Assembly (NCBI GenBank): GCA_024137785.1
Contig: JAHRHZ010000116.1
Span: 547,421-611,420, forward strand
Length of the DNA stretch: 64,000 nucleotides
Source: Ginglymostoma cirratum
Taxonomy: Eukaryota
Direction: 5' to 3'
In this document: positions 39,223 to 52,559 of the stretch, in pieces
Position numbering within the stretch: the stretch's first letter is position 1
Layout: every line of letters starts with the position of its first letter
Notes under the pieces: model-generated
Database searches by the model: none
What the model was told of the DNA's origin: nothing
Seen by the model: the letters and a program-made list of their open reading frames with translations, nothing else
Program-made: the position numbers and the translations under genes

Positions 39223-39919
39223 CACAAGAGGAAACAGAGTATTTTTCTGCTAGTCTCACAGCACCGATACTCTCACAACTGACAGCAGCTCACAGAATCA
39301 GGTTAGTTCCAAAAACAGGAGGAGAAAATTCGTTGTTTCATATCTTCGTCTACTGTTTCAAGTTACTACTCAATTATTCCCTCTCTACTATTTCCACAGA
39401 GCCAGCAAGTTTAATCTCCTACACATCTGTACATTTGTCTGTTTACATTTGTTACCAAAGTGTTGCTTGCTCTTCCTTTCTGGTTGTCTGAATAGAATAG
39501 TCAAACTCTTTACCCAAATGTTCTTCACTTGTGAAACAGATAAAAGACAGGGAATCGACTCAGAACTTTAAAACTAATACTCAACACAGAACATGTATTC
39601 GTTGCAGCGTTTACTTGATGCTTCATATAACTTAACTTCGACTTTAAATCACCCTATTTAAATTACTTTTCCCTCATTTTAACTTAATTTACAGTTCTCC
39701 TGACCTCTAATTTTAATTATTCCAATTTGGCTTGAAAAAGCCTTGCTTCGACTGAAGTGGTCAACTTCCTCTCTCCTCACAGACAATTATCTTCTCTGAA
39801 AAAGGGCACTTTCTCTTCAAATGTTATCTCAAAGTTTCCCTCCTGAATTTGTTTTTTTTGTTCTGCTACCGTTTGTCACAAAATGTGATCACTTGCAGAA
39901 ACAGCTGAACCACTTACAA

Positions 39920-42900
39920 GAGATTCTGTGGAAATGAGAGAAATTCACGGTTGGTGTGTTGTCTTCCAGGTGCCAGGGTCTGTGATGTCTCGTATCATAT
40001 TTTCGGCATCCTTAAAGGGGAGGGGGAACAGCCCCAAGTCGTGGTCCACATAGGCACCAATGACATAGGTAGGAAAAGGGATGGGGATGTAAAGCAGAAA
40101 TTCAAGGAGCTAGGGTGGAAGCTTAGAGCTAGAACAAGCAGAGTTGCTATCATTGGTTTGTTACCCGTGCCACTTGCTAGCGAAGCGAGGAATAGGGAAA
40201 GAGAGCAGTTGAACACGTGGCTACATGGATGGTGCAGGAGGGAGGGATTCGGATACCTGGATAATTGGAACTCATTCTGGGGTAGGTGGGACCTCTACAA
40301 ACGGGATGGTCTACACCTGAACCAGAGGGGTACCAATATCCTGGGGGGAAACTTGCTAATGCTCTTCGGGAGGGTTTAAATTAATTCAGAAGGGGGGTGG
40401 GATCCTGAATTGTACCTCCAGTGAATAGGAGGTTGAGAGTAGTGAGATCAACAATAAGGTTTCAAGGTCGCAGGAGTGTACCAACAGGCAGGAAGGTGGT
40501 TTGAAGTGTGTCTACTTCAATGCCAGGAGCATCTGGACTAAGATGGGTGAACTTGCTGCATGGGTTGGTACCTGGGACGTCGATGTTTTGGCCATTTCGA
40601 AGACATGGATAGAGCAGGGACAGGAATAGTTGTTGCAGGTTCCGGGGTTTCGATGTTTCAGTCAGATCAGGGAAGATGATAAAAGAGGGGAAGGTGTGGC
40701 GTTGCTAGTCAAGGACAGTATTACGGTGGTAGAAAGGACGTTTGATGAGGACTCTTCTACTGAGGTAGCATGGGCTGAGGTTAGAAACAGGAAAGGAGAG
40801 GTCATCCTATTGGGAGATTTCTGCAGGCCTCCGAAAAGTTCCAGAGATGTAGAGGAAAGGATTGCAAAGATGATTCTGGATAGGACGGAAAGTAACAGGG
40901 TAGTTGTTATGGGTGCCTTTAGCTTTCCAAATATTGACTGGAAACGCTATAGTTCGGGTACCTTTGATGGGTCAGTTGTTGTCCAATGTGTGCAGGAGGG
41001 TTTCCTGACACAGTATGTAGATAGGACAACAAGAGGCGAGGTAACATTGGTTTTGGTACTGGGTAATGAACCAGGCCAGGTATTAGAATTGGAGGTAGTT
41101 GAGCACTTTGGTGATAGTGACCACAATTCGGTTACTTTTATTTTAACGATGGAAAGGGATAGGTAGAAATCGCAGGGCAAGAGTTAAAGCTTGGGGAAAG
41201 GCAATTATGAGGCGGTTAGGCAAGATTTAGGATGCATAGGATGGGGAAGGAAACTCCAGGGGCTGGGCACAATTGAAATGTGGAGCTTGTTCAAGGAGCA
41301 GCTCCTGCGTGTCCTTGATAAATATATACCTATCAGGCAGGGAGGAGGTGGTCGAAAAAGGGAACCGTGGTTTATGAAAGAAGTTGTATCTATTGTCAAG
41401 AGGAAGAAGGAGGCTTATGTAAAGATGAGGCGTGAAGGCTCAGTTAGGGCGCTTGAGTGTTACAAGTTGGCCAGAAGGGACTTAAAGAGAGAGCTAAGAA
41501 TAGCCAGGAGGGGACATGAGAATTTTTTGGTGGGTAGGATCAAGGAAAACCCTAAAGCTTTCTATAGGTATGTCAGGAATAAAAGAATGAGCAGAGTAAG
41601 ATTAGGGCCAGTCACGGACAGTAGTGGGAAGTTGTGCGTGGAGTCCGAAGAGATATGAAAGGTGCTGAATGAATATTATTCGTCAGTATTCACACATGAA
41701 AAAGACAATGTTGTCGAGGAGAACGCTTCGATACAGGGTATTAGACTAGACGGGATAAAGGTTCAGAAGGAGGAGTTGCCAGCAATTCTCTAAAGTGTGA
41801 AAATAGATAATTCCCCTGGGCCGGATAGGATTTATCCTAGGATTCTCTGGGAAGCTAAGGAGGAGATTGCAGAGCCTTTGGCTTTGATCTTTATGTCGTC
41901 ATTGTCTTCGGGAATAGTGCCAGAAGACTGGAGGATAGCAAATGTTGTCCCAATGTTCAAGAAGGGGATAGAGACAACCCTGGTAATTATACCCGTGAGC
42001 CTTCGTTCGGTTGTGGGTAAAGTGTTGGAAAGGATTATTAGAGATTGGATTGATTATCATCTAGAAAGGAATAATTTGATTAAGGATAATAAACTCGGTT
42101 TTGTGAAGGGTAGGTCGTGCCTCACAAACCTTATTGAGTTCTTTGAGAAGGTGACCAAACTGGCGGATGAGGATGAAGTGGTTGATGTGGTATATACGGA
42201 TTGCAGTAAAGCGTTTGACAAGGTTCCCCACGGTAGGCTATTGCAGAAAACACGAAGGCATGGGATTGAGGGTGATTTAGCGGTTTGGATCAGAAATTGG
42301 CTAGCTGTAAGAAGACAGAGGGTGGTGGTTGATGGGAAATGTTCATCTTGGAGTTCAGTTACTAGTGGTGTACCGCAAGGATCTGTTTTGGGGCCACTGC
42401 TGTTTATCATTTTTATAAATGACCTGGAAGAGGGCTTAGAAGGATGGGTTCGTAAATCTGCGGTTGACACTAAAGTCGGTGGATTTGTTGATAATGTGGA
42501 AGGATGTTGCAGATTACAGAGAGACATAGATAGGCCGCAGAGCTGGGCTGAGAGGTGGCAAATGGAGTTTAATGTGGAAAAGTGTGAGGTGATTCACTTT
42601 GGAAGTAGTAACAGTAATACAGAGTACAGGGCAAATGGTAAGATTCTTGGCAGTGTGGACGAGCAGAGAGATTTCGGTGTCCATGTGCATAGATCCCTGA
42701 AAGCTGCCACCCAGGTTGATAGGGTTGTTAGGAAGGCATACGGTGTGTTAGGTTTTATTGGTAGAGGGATTGAATTTCGGAGCCGTGAGGTCATGTTGCA
42801 GATGTACAAAACTCTAGTGTGGCCACTCTTGGAGTATTGCATACATTTCTGGTCGCCGCATTATAGGAAGTATGTGGAAGCATTGGAAAGGAGGCAGAGG

Positions 42901-43350
42901 AGATTTACCAGGATGTTGCCTGGTATGGAGGGAAGGTCTTATGAGGAAAGGTTGAGCGACTCAAGGATGTTTTCGTTAGAGAGAATAAGGTTAAGAGGTG
43001 GCTTAGTAGAAACAGACAATATTATCAGAGAATTAGATAGAGTGGACAGTGAGAACCTTTTCACTCGGATGATGACGGCTAGCACGAGAGGACATGGCTT
43101 TAAATTGAGGGGTGATAGATATAGGACAGATGTCAGAGGTAGGTTCTTTAGTCAGAGAGTAGTAAAGGCATGGAATGCCCTGCCTGCAACAGTAGTAGAC
43201 TCGCCAACTATAAGGGCATTTAAATGGTCATTGGATAAACATATGGATGATAAGGGAATAGTGTAGGTTAGATGGGCTTCAGATTGGTGTCACAGGTTGG
43301 CGCAACATCGAGGACCGAAGGGCCTGTACTGTGCTGTTATGTTCTGAGCT
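39920..43350 (+). mobile_element. CR1 LINE with ORF1 SGNH-esterase domain and near-complete but disrupted ORF2
   Basis: 39951-40379 CLPGARV...VVVHIGTNDIG...DGLHLN (esterase); 40630-41166 endonuclease SDHNSV; 41797-43266 489-aa RT with FADD changed to SAVD. Confidence 0.95.
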
Positions 43351-44509
43351 CTATTAATTTATCAAACTCTGATCACGACTTGAGATCCCATCCAACACTG
43401 GTAAAAAGAAAAACCTTCCAGATATTTTCACCGAGTAGTAAACAGCCAGATACCATGATTCTTTTAAGGCCATAGTGGTGCTATTATGTCTGGCAGGCCA
43501 GTGTGATACCTCCCTTATTTGGTGAACAGATCAGAGTTCACAAGACAGTTCAAATCATGCAAGGTTGCAGTTTAAGCTCGGTCAGAGTTTAAACTAGCTT
43601 CATAAAAAAAACCCAGCATACCTGATTGAAGGTCGTACTAAACTCGTAGCAATTTCTGCTGCTCGCCACCTGACCATATTCTCTTTTTCCTGCCCTTTCT
43701 TCATTTCCCTTGATTTCCTTACTGATCACAAAATTCTGTACGTCAACGTCACTACACTCTGAAACAAAAGATTCCTCCTTAACACTCTATTCAGTGTATG
43801 ATTCTTTATGTTGTGATTGAATCCTTTGGTCCCAGACTCTCCACAAGGTGAAGCAACCTCGCTGCATATATGCTGTCAAGCCTTCACTGCTCACCTCGGG
43901 AGCAGGGACATGAATACAGGCCTGCTGGCTCAGAGATGGCTACTCTACTATGATATCATAAAAGCTCTTTATGCGGTCAGTTCTTTTGATTTTAATTAAC
44001 AAAAGGAAATTTTGTTCAGCAGAACACCAGTCCTCCAGTAACTAAATCTACTTTAGTGCAACGTTAGCAGTTATGGATTCGGATGGGTCCATACTTATGC
44101 GTGCATCGGTGGCAGAAAATGCCCTCTCAATTAGCTGTCATGAAAAAAAGCAATAAATTATGGAAGTTCTCATCACGTAAAGAGACAGGCCAAAGTCCAA
44201 TCAACAACGAAGATAATCTAAATTTCTGCTGTTGTTTGGATTTGCCTGGCTCCATTGTGAGATCTGATCATCACATAATTCTATACCGGATACAGAAACT
44301 TATTCTGAGCATATATGTCTTCTAAATAAATTATGTCCCGTGACTTCGGGAAACTGTCGTGGTTGATGGGTAAAGGACTGTTCTCATTGAACCCCTGAAG
44401 GGTTTAAACGTCCTTGTGTGCATTAGTGGAAGTCCAGCCGCAGAGCGTGGTATTGTATTGTTTTAAACATATGTTGTGGGGTCGGGACGAGACCGGAAAA
44501 AAGACTCTC

Positions 44510-45900
44510 CAGGCATTTTATCTCCAATTCAGCAGACAGCGGCTTTTGACTTGCATTAGCAACACTCCAGATGAACTCACCTAAACTTTTGAGCATATCC
44601 TCGAGAGGACACGAAGACAGAAATGAAACACACAGCAGAACATGTATGTTCGCATAAAGAAACACCTCATGCACATACACGCAGCCATGCACACTCTCAC
44701 GTACACGTGAGAGTGATGGAGCAAGGACTGTTTCGAACGGCAGGCATCTGAGCAACGAGAAAAAATAACAAAATAAACATTAAAATAGGTTGACATGTGA
44801 ATAGAGTGAAGCAGAGACTACTTGTGTATGAATTGATTCTGATGTCAGTTTGATAGTACTTAGTACTGCTGCCCTCCTTCTATTGAACTATTGATGAGTT
44901 TCAAAATTCTCCTGTGCAGGAGGGGCAGTTCCCCAGGAAAGAGAGGTATCGTATCGCCTTGAACATAAGGGAGCAAAACAGGAAAAGAGATGTTATCTCC
45001 CAACTCAGCAGACAGTAGCTTCTGAACTTACATTAAACCTACGAAAACACTCTCCAGATGCATTTCTCGTCTTTTGAACACGTTTCCAAACAGAAAGTGA
45101 GAAGCACAGGACAACACATAGCAGAACACACACACAGAAACACACACAAAGACAAGCACACTCACCCACAAACATATACAAATAGGCGATGTGTGAAGAG
45201 CTGTTCAGAATGACAGTCATTTGAGCAAAGCGAAGCAAGAAGCAAAACAAACATTAAAACAGATTGGCTTGCGAAATGAGTGAAGCAAAGACAACACACA
45301 GGCCTTGTGTGTGATTTGATCCTGATGTGCTATTGAGGGTGTTATGTCCTGTGTCCCTTCTTCTGATTAAATCCCTGATGAGTTTCAATGACCTCTAGTG
45401 CAATAGTGGATGTCCGCCAGCAGAGGGTATATAGTATCACTTTAAATATCAGCGAGTGAAGCTGGGAAAGAGACAGTGAGGTTTCTTTTTAACTGATTCG
45501 TTCACGGTCATTTCTCCAGACATTTTATCAACCAATTCAGCAGACCGCAACTTCTGAACTTACATTAAACCCATGAAACAGTGCTCCCAGTGACTGTTTC
45601 ATAACTTTTGACGATGTTTCCAAATACACACTGAGACACACAGGACAACACACAGCAGACCACACTCACAGACACAGAAACACAGACACACACACACACA
45701 CGTGCACACGCACATACACATACGCACTCATGCACGCACGCCAAAGTCCAGAAATAAACATGCAGAAACCATAGCACAAATATACACAACGAACATCCTT
45801 GTAGACACGCAGATAAAAATACTTTTACACCAGAACGCACAGATGATCACCCACAGAGACGAACATACATGCATAGACTTAAAACACCAAACAATTACAC
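44510..45900 (+). repeat. Diverged tandem repeat, about 3 units of ~480-530 bp with CA-rich segments
   Basis: ccaa(t/c)tcagcagac...ct(t)ctgaacttacatt-like starts at ~44524, ~44999 and ~45532; the block aaacattaaaa...gagtgaagca recurs at ~44775 and ~45250. Confidence 0.8.
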
Positions 45901-45911
45901 CCAAATACACG

Positions 45912-46695
45912 TTCGGTTCGTTTTTGGAGACCCTCACGGACTTGATGCAATAACAAGCCACTGACCTGTTTAGAAAAACATAAATCCTTTATTACAAAGC
46001 AAGTACAAGCTGTGGACAATCACTGTACTCAACCCGGCACAGAGTGTAGAGTCTCGTAAGCGATTCTCCCCGAGCAGCGGACAGTCCCCACTTTTTATGT
46101 CTTATCGATTGCATAGTACATAAAGCAATTTTACATCTCACAATGGCATGTTACATGAAGCAATCACTACATCGGACAATGACATGATAACACAAACAAT
46201 TACTACATCGAAAACATAAAAAAAGTAGGATACAGTATCGATTGCTCGCAAAGTGACTGCTGACGGCAGGAGGCAATTTCAAGTTGCAGAAGTGACAGGA
46301 TGTAATTTCAAGCTTCCGAAGTGTCTGGCTTGAACAAAGGCCAGTGTCCTGGCCCCTTTAGAGGAAACAGAAGTTACATTCTTTACAGGATTTCAGAAGT
46401 GTCACACATTTACAGACGTTGCCACCTAATCTTATTTGAGACAGCTTCCACATACCCTTGTGCAGGAAAATAAAGATTGACAAAGTTTATACCTAATTCT
46501 ATTCAGGCAGGAAGCTTAAGGCAGTGTATTTTCTACTTATGTATAGGAAGATAAGGATTTACAAAGTTTTACACCTAATTCTAGTTGGGCAGGAAGTTTT
46601 AAGGCAGTGCCTGCATACCTCTGTGTAAGCAGATAAAGAGCATTAATTTATAGAGAATATAGAAATCAATGGGTTGTTATCCCAATAACATCTCA
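45912..46695 (-). mobile_element. Solo LTR-like insertion with 5-bp target-site duplication
   Basis: ACACG at 45907-45911 and 46696-46700. Minus strand starts TGAGA, has a TATA-like cataaaaag at ~46095 and AATAAA at 45988-45993; internal ~80-bp direct repeats at ~46470-46610. The 3' end lacks the canonical CA. Confidence 0.6.
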
Positions 46696-47491
46696 ACACG
46701 AACACGCAGTCACAAACATAAGCACCCATACACACACATAAACACAAAGTCACTAAGGGTGCTGGCACTTAAGACAGACAATGTTCCATGGTTCAGATCG
46801 AGAGTGGATCTCGTTCTGTCAGGCCAACGTTCAGTGAAGCATAAAGAAACCACAGAAGGGAATGAAGAAGCTTGAGACTCAATAAACAGTTCTGAGGAAA
46901 ACAAAAAGCGGATAAATGATTATGTTGCAACTGAGCAAGGAGCAATTGAAATAAGTGTCGCTATAAAGGGAAATAGTGCAAGACTGATATTAAAATTACG
47001 AACAGATAAGTTTGAGACTGAGTTCAGTGATGCAGAAGGTTGTATTTGGGAGTCTGTCACTTGATAAAAGAGGCCAGCTGTTGGGACCACAGGGTTTTCG
47101 GTAGGATGAACTTCTCGGGGTGGTGTGCATGAGCAACATGGATGCACATATTAAGTGATTAAGAAGGAAATGCAGTAAATTCGGTTAGCGTGCAAAAAAA
47201 TGCCAGTTTTGAGAGTATAGCTGCCAGGAATCTGACTATTTGTTTATCATTGATGCAAGACAATCATACGGAAATCCCAGGGCTACGTTTCCAGGGACCG
47301 AATTTTGGCTCAGCTCAGCGAAGATTAATTCATTGAGAATCAGTTCTCCTCTTCCCGTCCTCATTGCATCACTGCTGTGAAAAGGCAGTAAGGTGGGAAC
47401 AATGAGATACACGGCAGCATGTTTTGAGGGCTTGGTTTCAGAATAAGTATCTTCAAATATCCAACGTCTTGTTTCATAAAAGACAGTAACA

Positions 47492-47916
47492 GTACATCTA
47501 TTCAGCAACTGGGTGGTGTAGGGAGCAATTCTAACAGGTAATGGTGGAGAAATTGCGTTTAGCATTCATTTATCAAATCATGTTTTAAATTGACGCCAGT
47601 CTTATAATTTAAATTGCATATATGTTTTCACTTTCAGAGCTGAGTCATGCGGGTACTATCATTTAGTCACTCTCCACAGATATTCCGACATGAGAGGTTG
47701 TGGCACTGGACTGTTCCTGTAAAATACATTACACTGGTACCAATATAATCCACATACAAAGCCTGAAATTATGCAGTGGAAATACTTCGGAGGTTACAAG
47801 GATAAAGGAAAATCAGTTAAAATTTGTTTCTGTGCTGAACCATCATTTCAATTTCATCAGTTTAACCATCTTGGGCTGGTTACAGCTCACTGACGCAGCC
47901 ACATCTGATGGCTTTC
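47492..47916 (+). pseudogene. TCR alpha/delta V pseudogene (same family as 19244-19700, opposite strand)
   Basis: Leader with lost ATG (gta cat cta ttc agc aac tgg...cta aca g|gtaat, 47492-47537), acceptor ctttcag at 47637, exon ELSHAGTII*SLST...VALDC.../LHWYQYNPHTKPE...KDKG/...ISLTILGWLQLTDAAT. Confidence 0.85.
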
Positions 47917-47955
47917 CATAGTGATAGACTGCATGTTCAGTTTCATACAAAAAGA
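47917..47955 (+). other. Defective 23-RSS
   Basis: CATAGTG - 23 nt - ACAAAAAGA; the critical CAC is mutated. Confidence 0.75.
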
Positions 47956-48469
47956 GGAGTTGGGAGCCCCTGTGTCTTGAGCTTTGTGTAGATTTGTCTG
48001 CAGATAAAACCACAAAGAGCAATGTGACATCAGACAGTCTAAAACAAACTGCGAAGAACCCAAATTAACACTGAATCAAACTGTCATCTGTTTGTTTTCT
48101 CCTGGAGAAGCTGAGAAAGTAAAGCACATGTTTTACTCCCTTTGAAATAGCAGCAAGCATTCTATTTGCTTTCACTATTACTCGTTGATCTTGGATGCTA
48201 ATTCATTGTGCTCTGTGCACTTTAACCTGCCAAATCCTATTGTGCTGTTGTCTTTACACTTTTAATTAATATGCAACTCCTCTATTCTTCTCACCTAAAT
48301 GCATAAACTCACATTTCCCCACGTTATTTCCCATCAGCTAACTGTTAGCCCATTGGGTCATACTTTCCATATCATTCACTGTCCTACACCTATGATGTAA
48401 CCAGTTCTGTATCCATCTTGCCAACTCACCCCGATACCGTGTGACTCCGCCTTTTTTTCTAACTGTCTG

Positions 48470-49530
48470 GTATTAGGAGGTGGAATGATGCTTTTTCCAA
48501 GTGGAAGATTGTAACGAATGATGTTCCACAGGGATCAGTGATGGGACGACTGCCGTTCGTGGTCAACATGAATGATTTGGAGAAATGTGTCGCTGGTCTA
48601 ATTAGTACCTTCGCAGACGATAATATTAGTAGAGTTTCAGATCAAGAGGAGGGTTGCCATCGGATAGATCAGAAGATTCGTTGGAGGCATTGGCAGAAAA
48701 GTAGCAGATGGAATTGAATCCGGACAAACATGAGGTGATGTATCTCAGAAGATCAAATACAGGTGGAAATTATACAGTGAATATCAAAATGCTTAGGATT
48801 ATTGATATGCAGAGGGATCTTGGTGTGCAGGTCCACAGATCACTGAAGATTGCAGCACAGGTAGATGAGGTTGTAACAAAGATTTATGGTATTCCTCCGT
48901 TCATTGGAAGGGGTGTTGTGTATAAGGACAGAAAATTTATGCTGCATTTTTGTAGAAATTTGGTTAGGCCACACTTGGAATATTGCATATAGTTCTGCCA
49001 ACCACACTACTAAAAGGATGTGGATGCTTAGGAGAGGGTGCACAAAAGATTTGCTGGGATGTTGCCTGTCATGGGGGGATTTTAGCTATGTTTAAATGTT
49101 AGGTAGACTTGGTCTGTTTTCACTGGAACGCAGGAGGTTGACTGACGTCCTGACAGAAATTTGTAAGATTATGAATAGAATGGATAGAGTCGAAAATATG
49201 AAGCCTTCCCTAAGTCGGAGGGGTCAATTACCATGGAACACAAGTTCAAGGTGCGGGGAGAGGTGAACTTTGAAGGAGATGTGCGAGGTACGTCTAATGT
49301 ACAATGGATGGTCAGTGCCTGAAACGCGCTGCCAGACGAGGTGGTGGAAGCAGACACAATAGCTGTACTTAGAAAACACCTGTATGAACACATGAATGGG
49401 AAGGGAACAGAAGGATAATGATCCTGCAAGTGAAGACAGTTTTCGAATGGAAGAACAAAACATGTGGGCGCAGGCTTCAAGGGCCAAAGGGCCTGTTCCT
49501 GTTATGTATTCTTCTTTGTTCTTTGTTTTT
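48470..49530 (+). mobile_element. CR1 3' fragment
   Basis: VPQGSV, FADD, LGVQVHRSLK, LVRPHLEYCI and the CR1 3' tail. Confidence 0.9.
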
Positions 49531-52109
49531 TGTTCCAAAGGCACTTTGTGTCGTCGTCGCCACTTGACTTCCCTCACATTTTTTTGTCATCCACAACCAC
49601 GACGGTACTTTCATTTCCCTTACCCAAGTAACTAAAGTATAATGTTAGAAAAATGACGCTCGTTACAATTTGTCGACCAGATGGTGCACACCCACTCCAC
49701 CCACAGACACCCAACCCCCACCTCCCCACGTGCTTAGCCGAACTTTCTGCTTTCGATTAGTTTGGAAATCATCTCTCCACGTCTAAAGATAGGCCGAAGA
49801 ATTTATGTTTTCAAACCAGACCACAAGGATTAATAGATCAGGGTTAATTTAGCATGACAATGAGCAACTGGATGTAAGTGAAAGATTATTGGCTGTTGAA
49901 TAACTTGAACTATTCTTTTACATGGTTGTCACGGGGTCATCTGGATGATGTTTTCAACGTATTGTCTGCATGAAGGAATGTTTAGCGAGTGCTATGAAAT
50001 AGTGGTACTGCTTGTAATCAGAATAGTATTAATATCAGAGACTCAGTTGCATTTGTCAGATTTCACTTCAGACAGGCATCGTGAGAAGTGCCAGAAACCC
50101 CGAGTTCTCCAGACCAGCCAATGGACAGAAGACAGTGAGACAGGCTTTTAAACATATCTAAGATCATTGATCCACTTGGTATTTTGTATGTATCTCTAAT
50201 TTTTACTCTGAGTAGATTGGCAAAATAAATTTGCTTTATATTAAAGTGCACATGACTTATTGCAATCATTTTGATGTGAAATTAAATAAACCGTTGGAAA
50301 CTTTCAGCTGACAATACACCATGTTAATACACTAATGTACTATCTCAGGCATTTGCTTATGTCTTATCAAGTGGACAAACTATGATGCTTTACGTTCTTA
50401 TAGTCTAAATATATTACTCTTTCCCATTTTCTTTTATCCCTGGCCCTTGAACGCTCCTCAAGTAAATCTACTAAAATTGCGAGGTAACATTTCCCCTTCA
50501 GGAAGCCATGCTGAATCTCCTTAATTACTTCCTACACAGGTAATGTTGCCATAGTCCTACAGGGCTGCTTTGAACTGGGGCTGGCGGAGAAATGGTGAGA
50601 TCACCATGCCTTACAAAGAACGCGAGATTCAGAAGGCAGGATGTTCGTTGCAAACTCATACAGTATTGGAATCATTCCCATGTTTCCATCGCTCTAAATT
50701 TCAAGTCAACTGAGCTAACCAACGTCATTTTATCATGAATTTATAAATGCACTATGTTCGTATCCTTTTTAAAGCATGAATATTTCCTCATTTGCAGATA
50801 CTAAGTTAACAGAGCTATCGTTTTCTGTCTCTTTTGAAATCATTCCATTTTGAAAGAAACGACTTGATGCTGACTGCAGAGAAATAGTAAGGGAAGACAA
50901 AGAACATAGAGGACATTGGCAAAAGTGAAACTCGGAGGTACGGGCACGTGGTGATAGGCAAAGCTGGGAATAAATGCAGTGATGTAGAGAAAGAGTAAGT
51001 CAAAGCAAAAAAGTGACATTTACACTGTTGTGGGGACCAGTAAGTTTGGATTATCCATAATGCGACAGTACTCTGTTTTTAAGAGAGAGATGTTCTGCGA
51101 TCTTCCACTCGCAGACAAGTATGGCGACAGTGGTGATGAAATGTCTGCTTCGGACAGGCAGTTGGTAAACTGAGTTTAATTTTTTTTAAAAAGTGAAAAA
51201 GGAATCATGAGATGGTAGAGTCAGAGCTCACAAAGACACAGGGCGGTTTTTACTCTTCATTTCAGTCAGTCAGAAGGTGTGCTGGCTACTTACATAAGAA
51301 CTAAAATTGTCTTCTGGAGTGGAGACTTAGACATCGAGGATTGTTCTGACAAATCAAAAGTTGCAGATTGTTTCTGTGTTATGGACTGGAGAGAGGCAAC
51401 ACGTGAGACTCATAGATGGTTTGCTGGACTGCTTTTTCGACAAAGTGTGTTTTTTTATGGCATGCTGCACAAATTGGAACAGTTAATGATTTGCAGATAA
51501 ATCATATTTTACCTTGGCAGCTGCTTCAATCGAGTTAAGCTTATGACAATCGTTCCTTTCTTTGCGTTTTGACTGTGCTGTAAGAATAAAATGTCGTTTG
51601 ATTAAAGACAGTGGTGGATAAATTGAATCACATTTGGAACACACAATCTTACATTTAAACTTAATATAAAAGTGAAAAAGTTATTTCATAACAAATTGAG
51701 ATCCCAAAATCTCTAATTCCAGTTTGGATTCAGAATTAACGGACTCTAAGACAGTGAGTTGTGAGCGTTCATGTTCTCTTTTTGGGTGTTCTGTTCCGTT
51801 GGTTTTCGTTCTGTGTGCCTTGTCTAACAATTGCTCTTCCAGAGGCTAAGATTTTCCTATATGTGGATGCAGCCACTTGGAGTCGTTCACAGAAGGTGAG
51901 GAAGGCAGATCTTATAGAATTGTGGTTAATCTGAAGTTAGTATTGCCTTTGTCCATGGGAAAAGGGGAGGTGATTGCAGTAATAGCTCAGCATCTACGAT
52001 TACGAAATTCAATCAGAATCATTGGAAACAGCAAAGACTTTAATTGCAAAGTAACCAACTTAAAGGCAGTGGCAATGCGAACAGATTCATGGAGCCATAG
52101 TCATAAAGT

Positions 52110-52555
52110 CGTACATCATGGTAAAATATACTTTGGTCCAGCCAGTCCATGCTAAACATTATCCCAACTAAACTACTCCTGCCTGCCTGATCCTGGGCCA
52201 TGACCCTCCACATATTTTCTACTCATGTACTGATCCAAATGCCTTTTGGACATTGTAATTCTACCCATGTCCACCACTTCCTCGGGAAATCCATGCAATA
52301 CGCAAACAACCCTCTGCATAAGAAGTTGTCCATCACGTCTTCGTTAAATTTGTCTCCTCTCAACTTGAAAATGTGACCTAGTCTTGAAAGCCCTCCTCCC
52401 ATCCTAGGGAAAAGAGAACAACCATTCGCCCTGTCTATACCCCGCATTATTCTATTATCTTCTGCAAGCATCCTTCTCAAACACCTAATCTCCACTGAAA
52501 ATAGTCCCAGCCTATCCAACCTTTTTTTATGCCTCAAACCTTCCATGCCTGGAAA
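52110..52555 (-). mobile_element. CR1 3' fragment
   Basis: PGMEGLRHKKRLDRLGLFS...IMRGIDR...GHIFKLRGDKF. Confidence 0.85.
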
Positions 52556-52559
52556 ACGT

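Noticed and set aside
38680-39282. 200-aa single ORF as the real protein
   Set aside because: It reads through the intron and RSS; the true structure is leader plus V exon.
39291-39318. Possible D-segment RSS downstream of the VH-like gene (cacagaa...ccaaaaaca)
   Set aside because: Weak heptamer, 11-nt spacer to the best nonamer, and no matching 5' RSS.
41797-43266. Active reverse transcriptase gene
   Set aside because: Catalytic FADD is mutated to SAVD and upstream ORF2 has stops.
51245-51340. J-like stretch TKIVFWSGDLDIE preceded by ggtttttac...aggtgtg
   Set aside because: FGxG is broken, the spacer is 21 nt with a poor heptamer, and there is no GT donor; it cannot be separated from chance.
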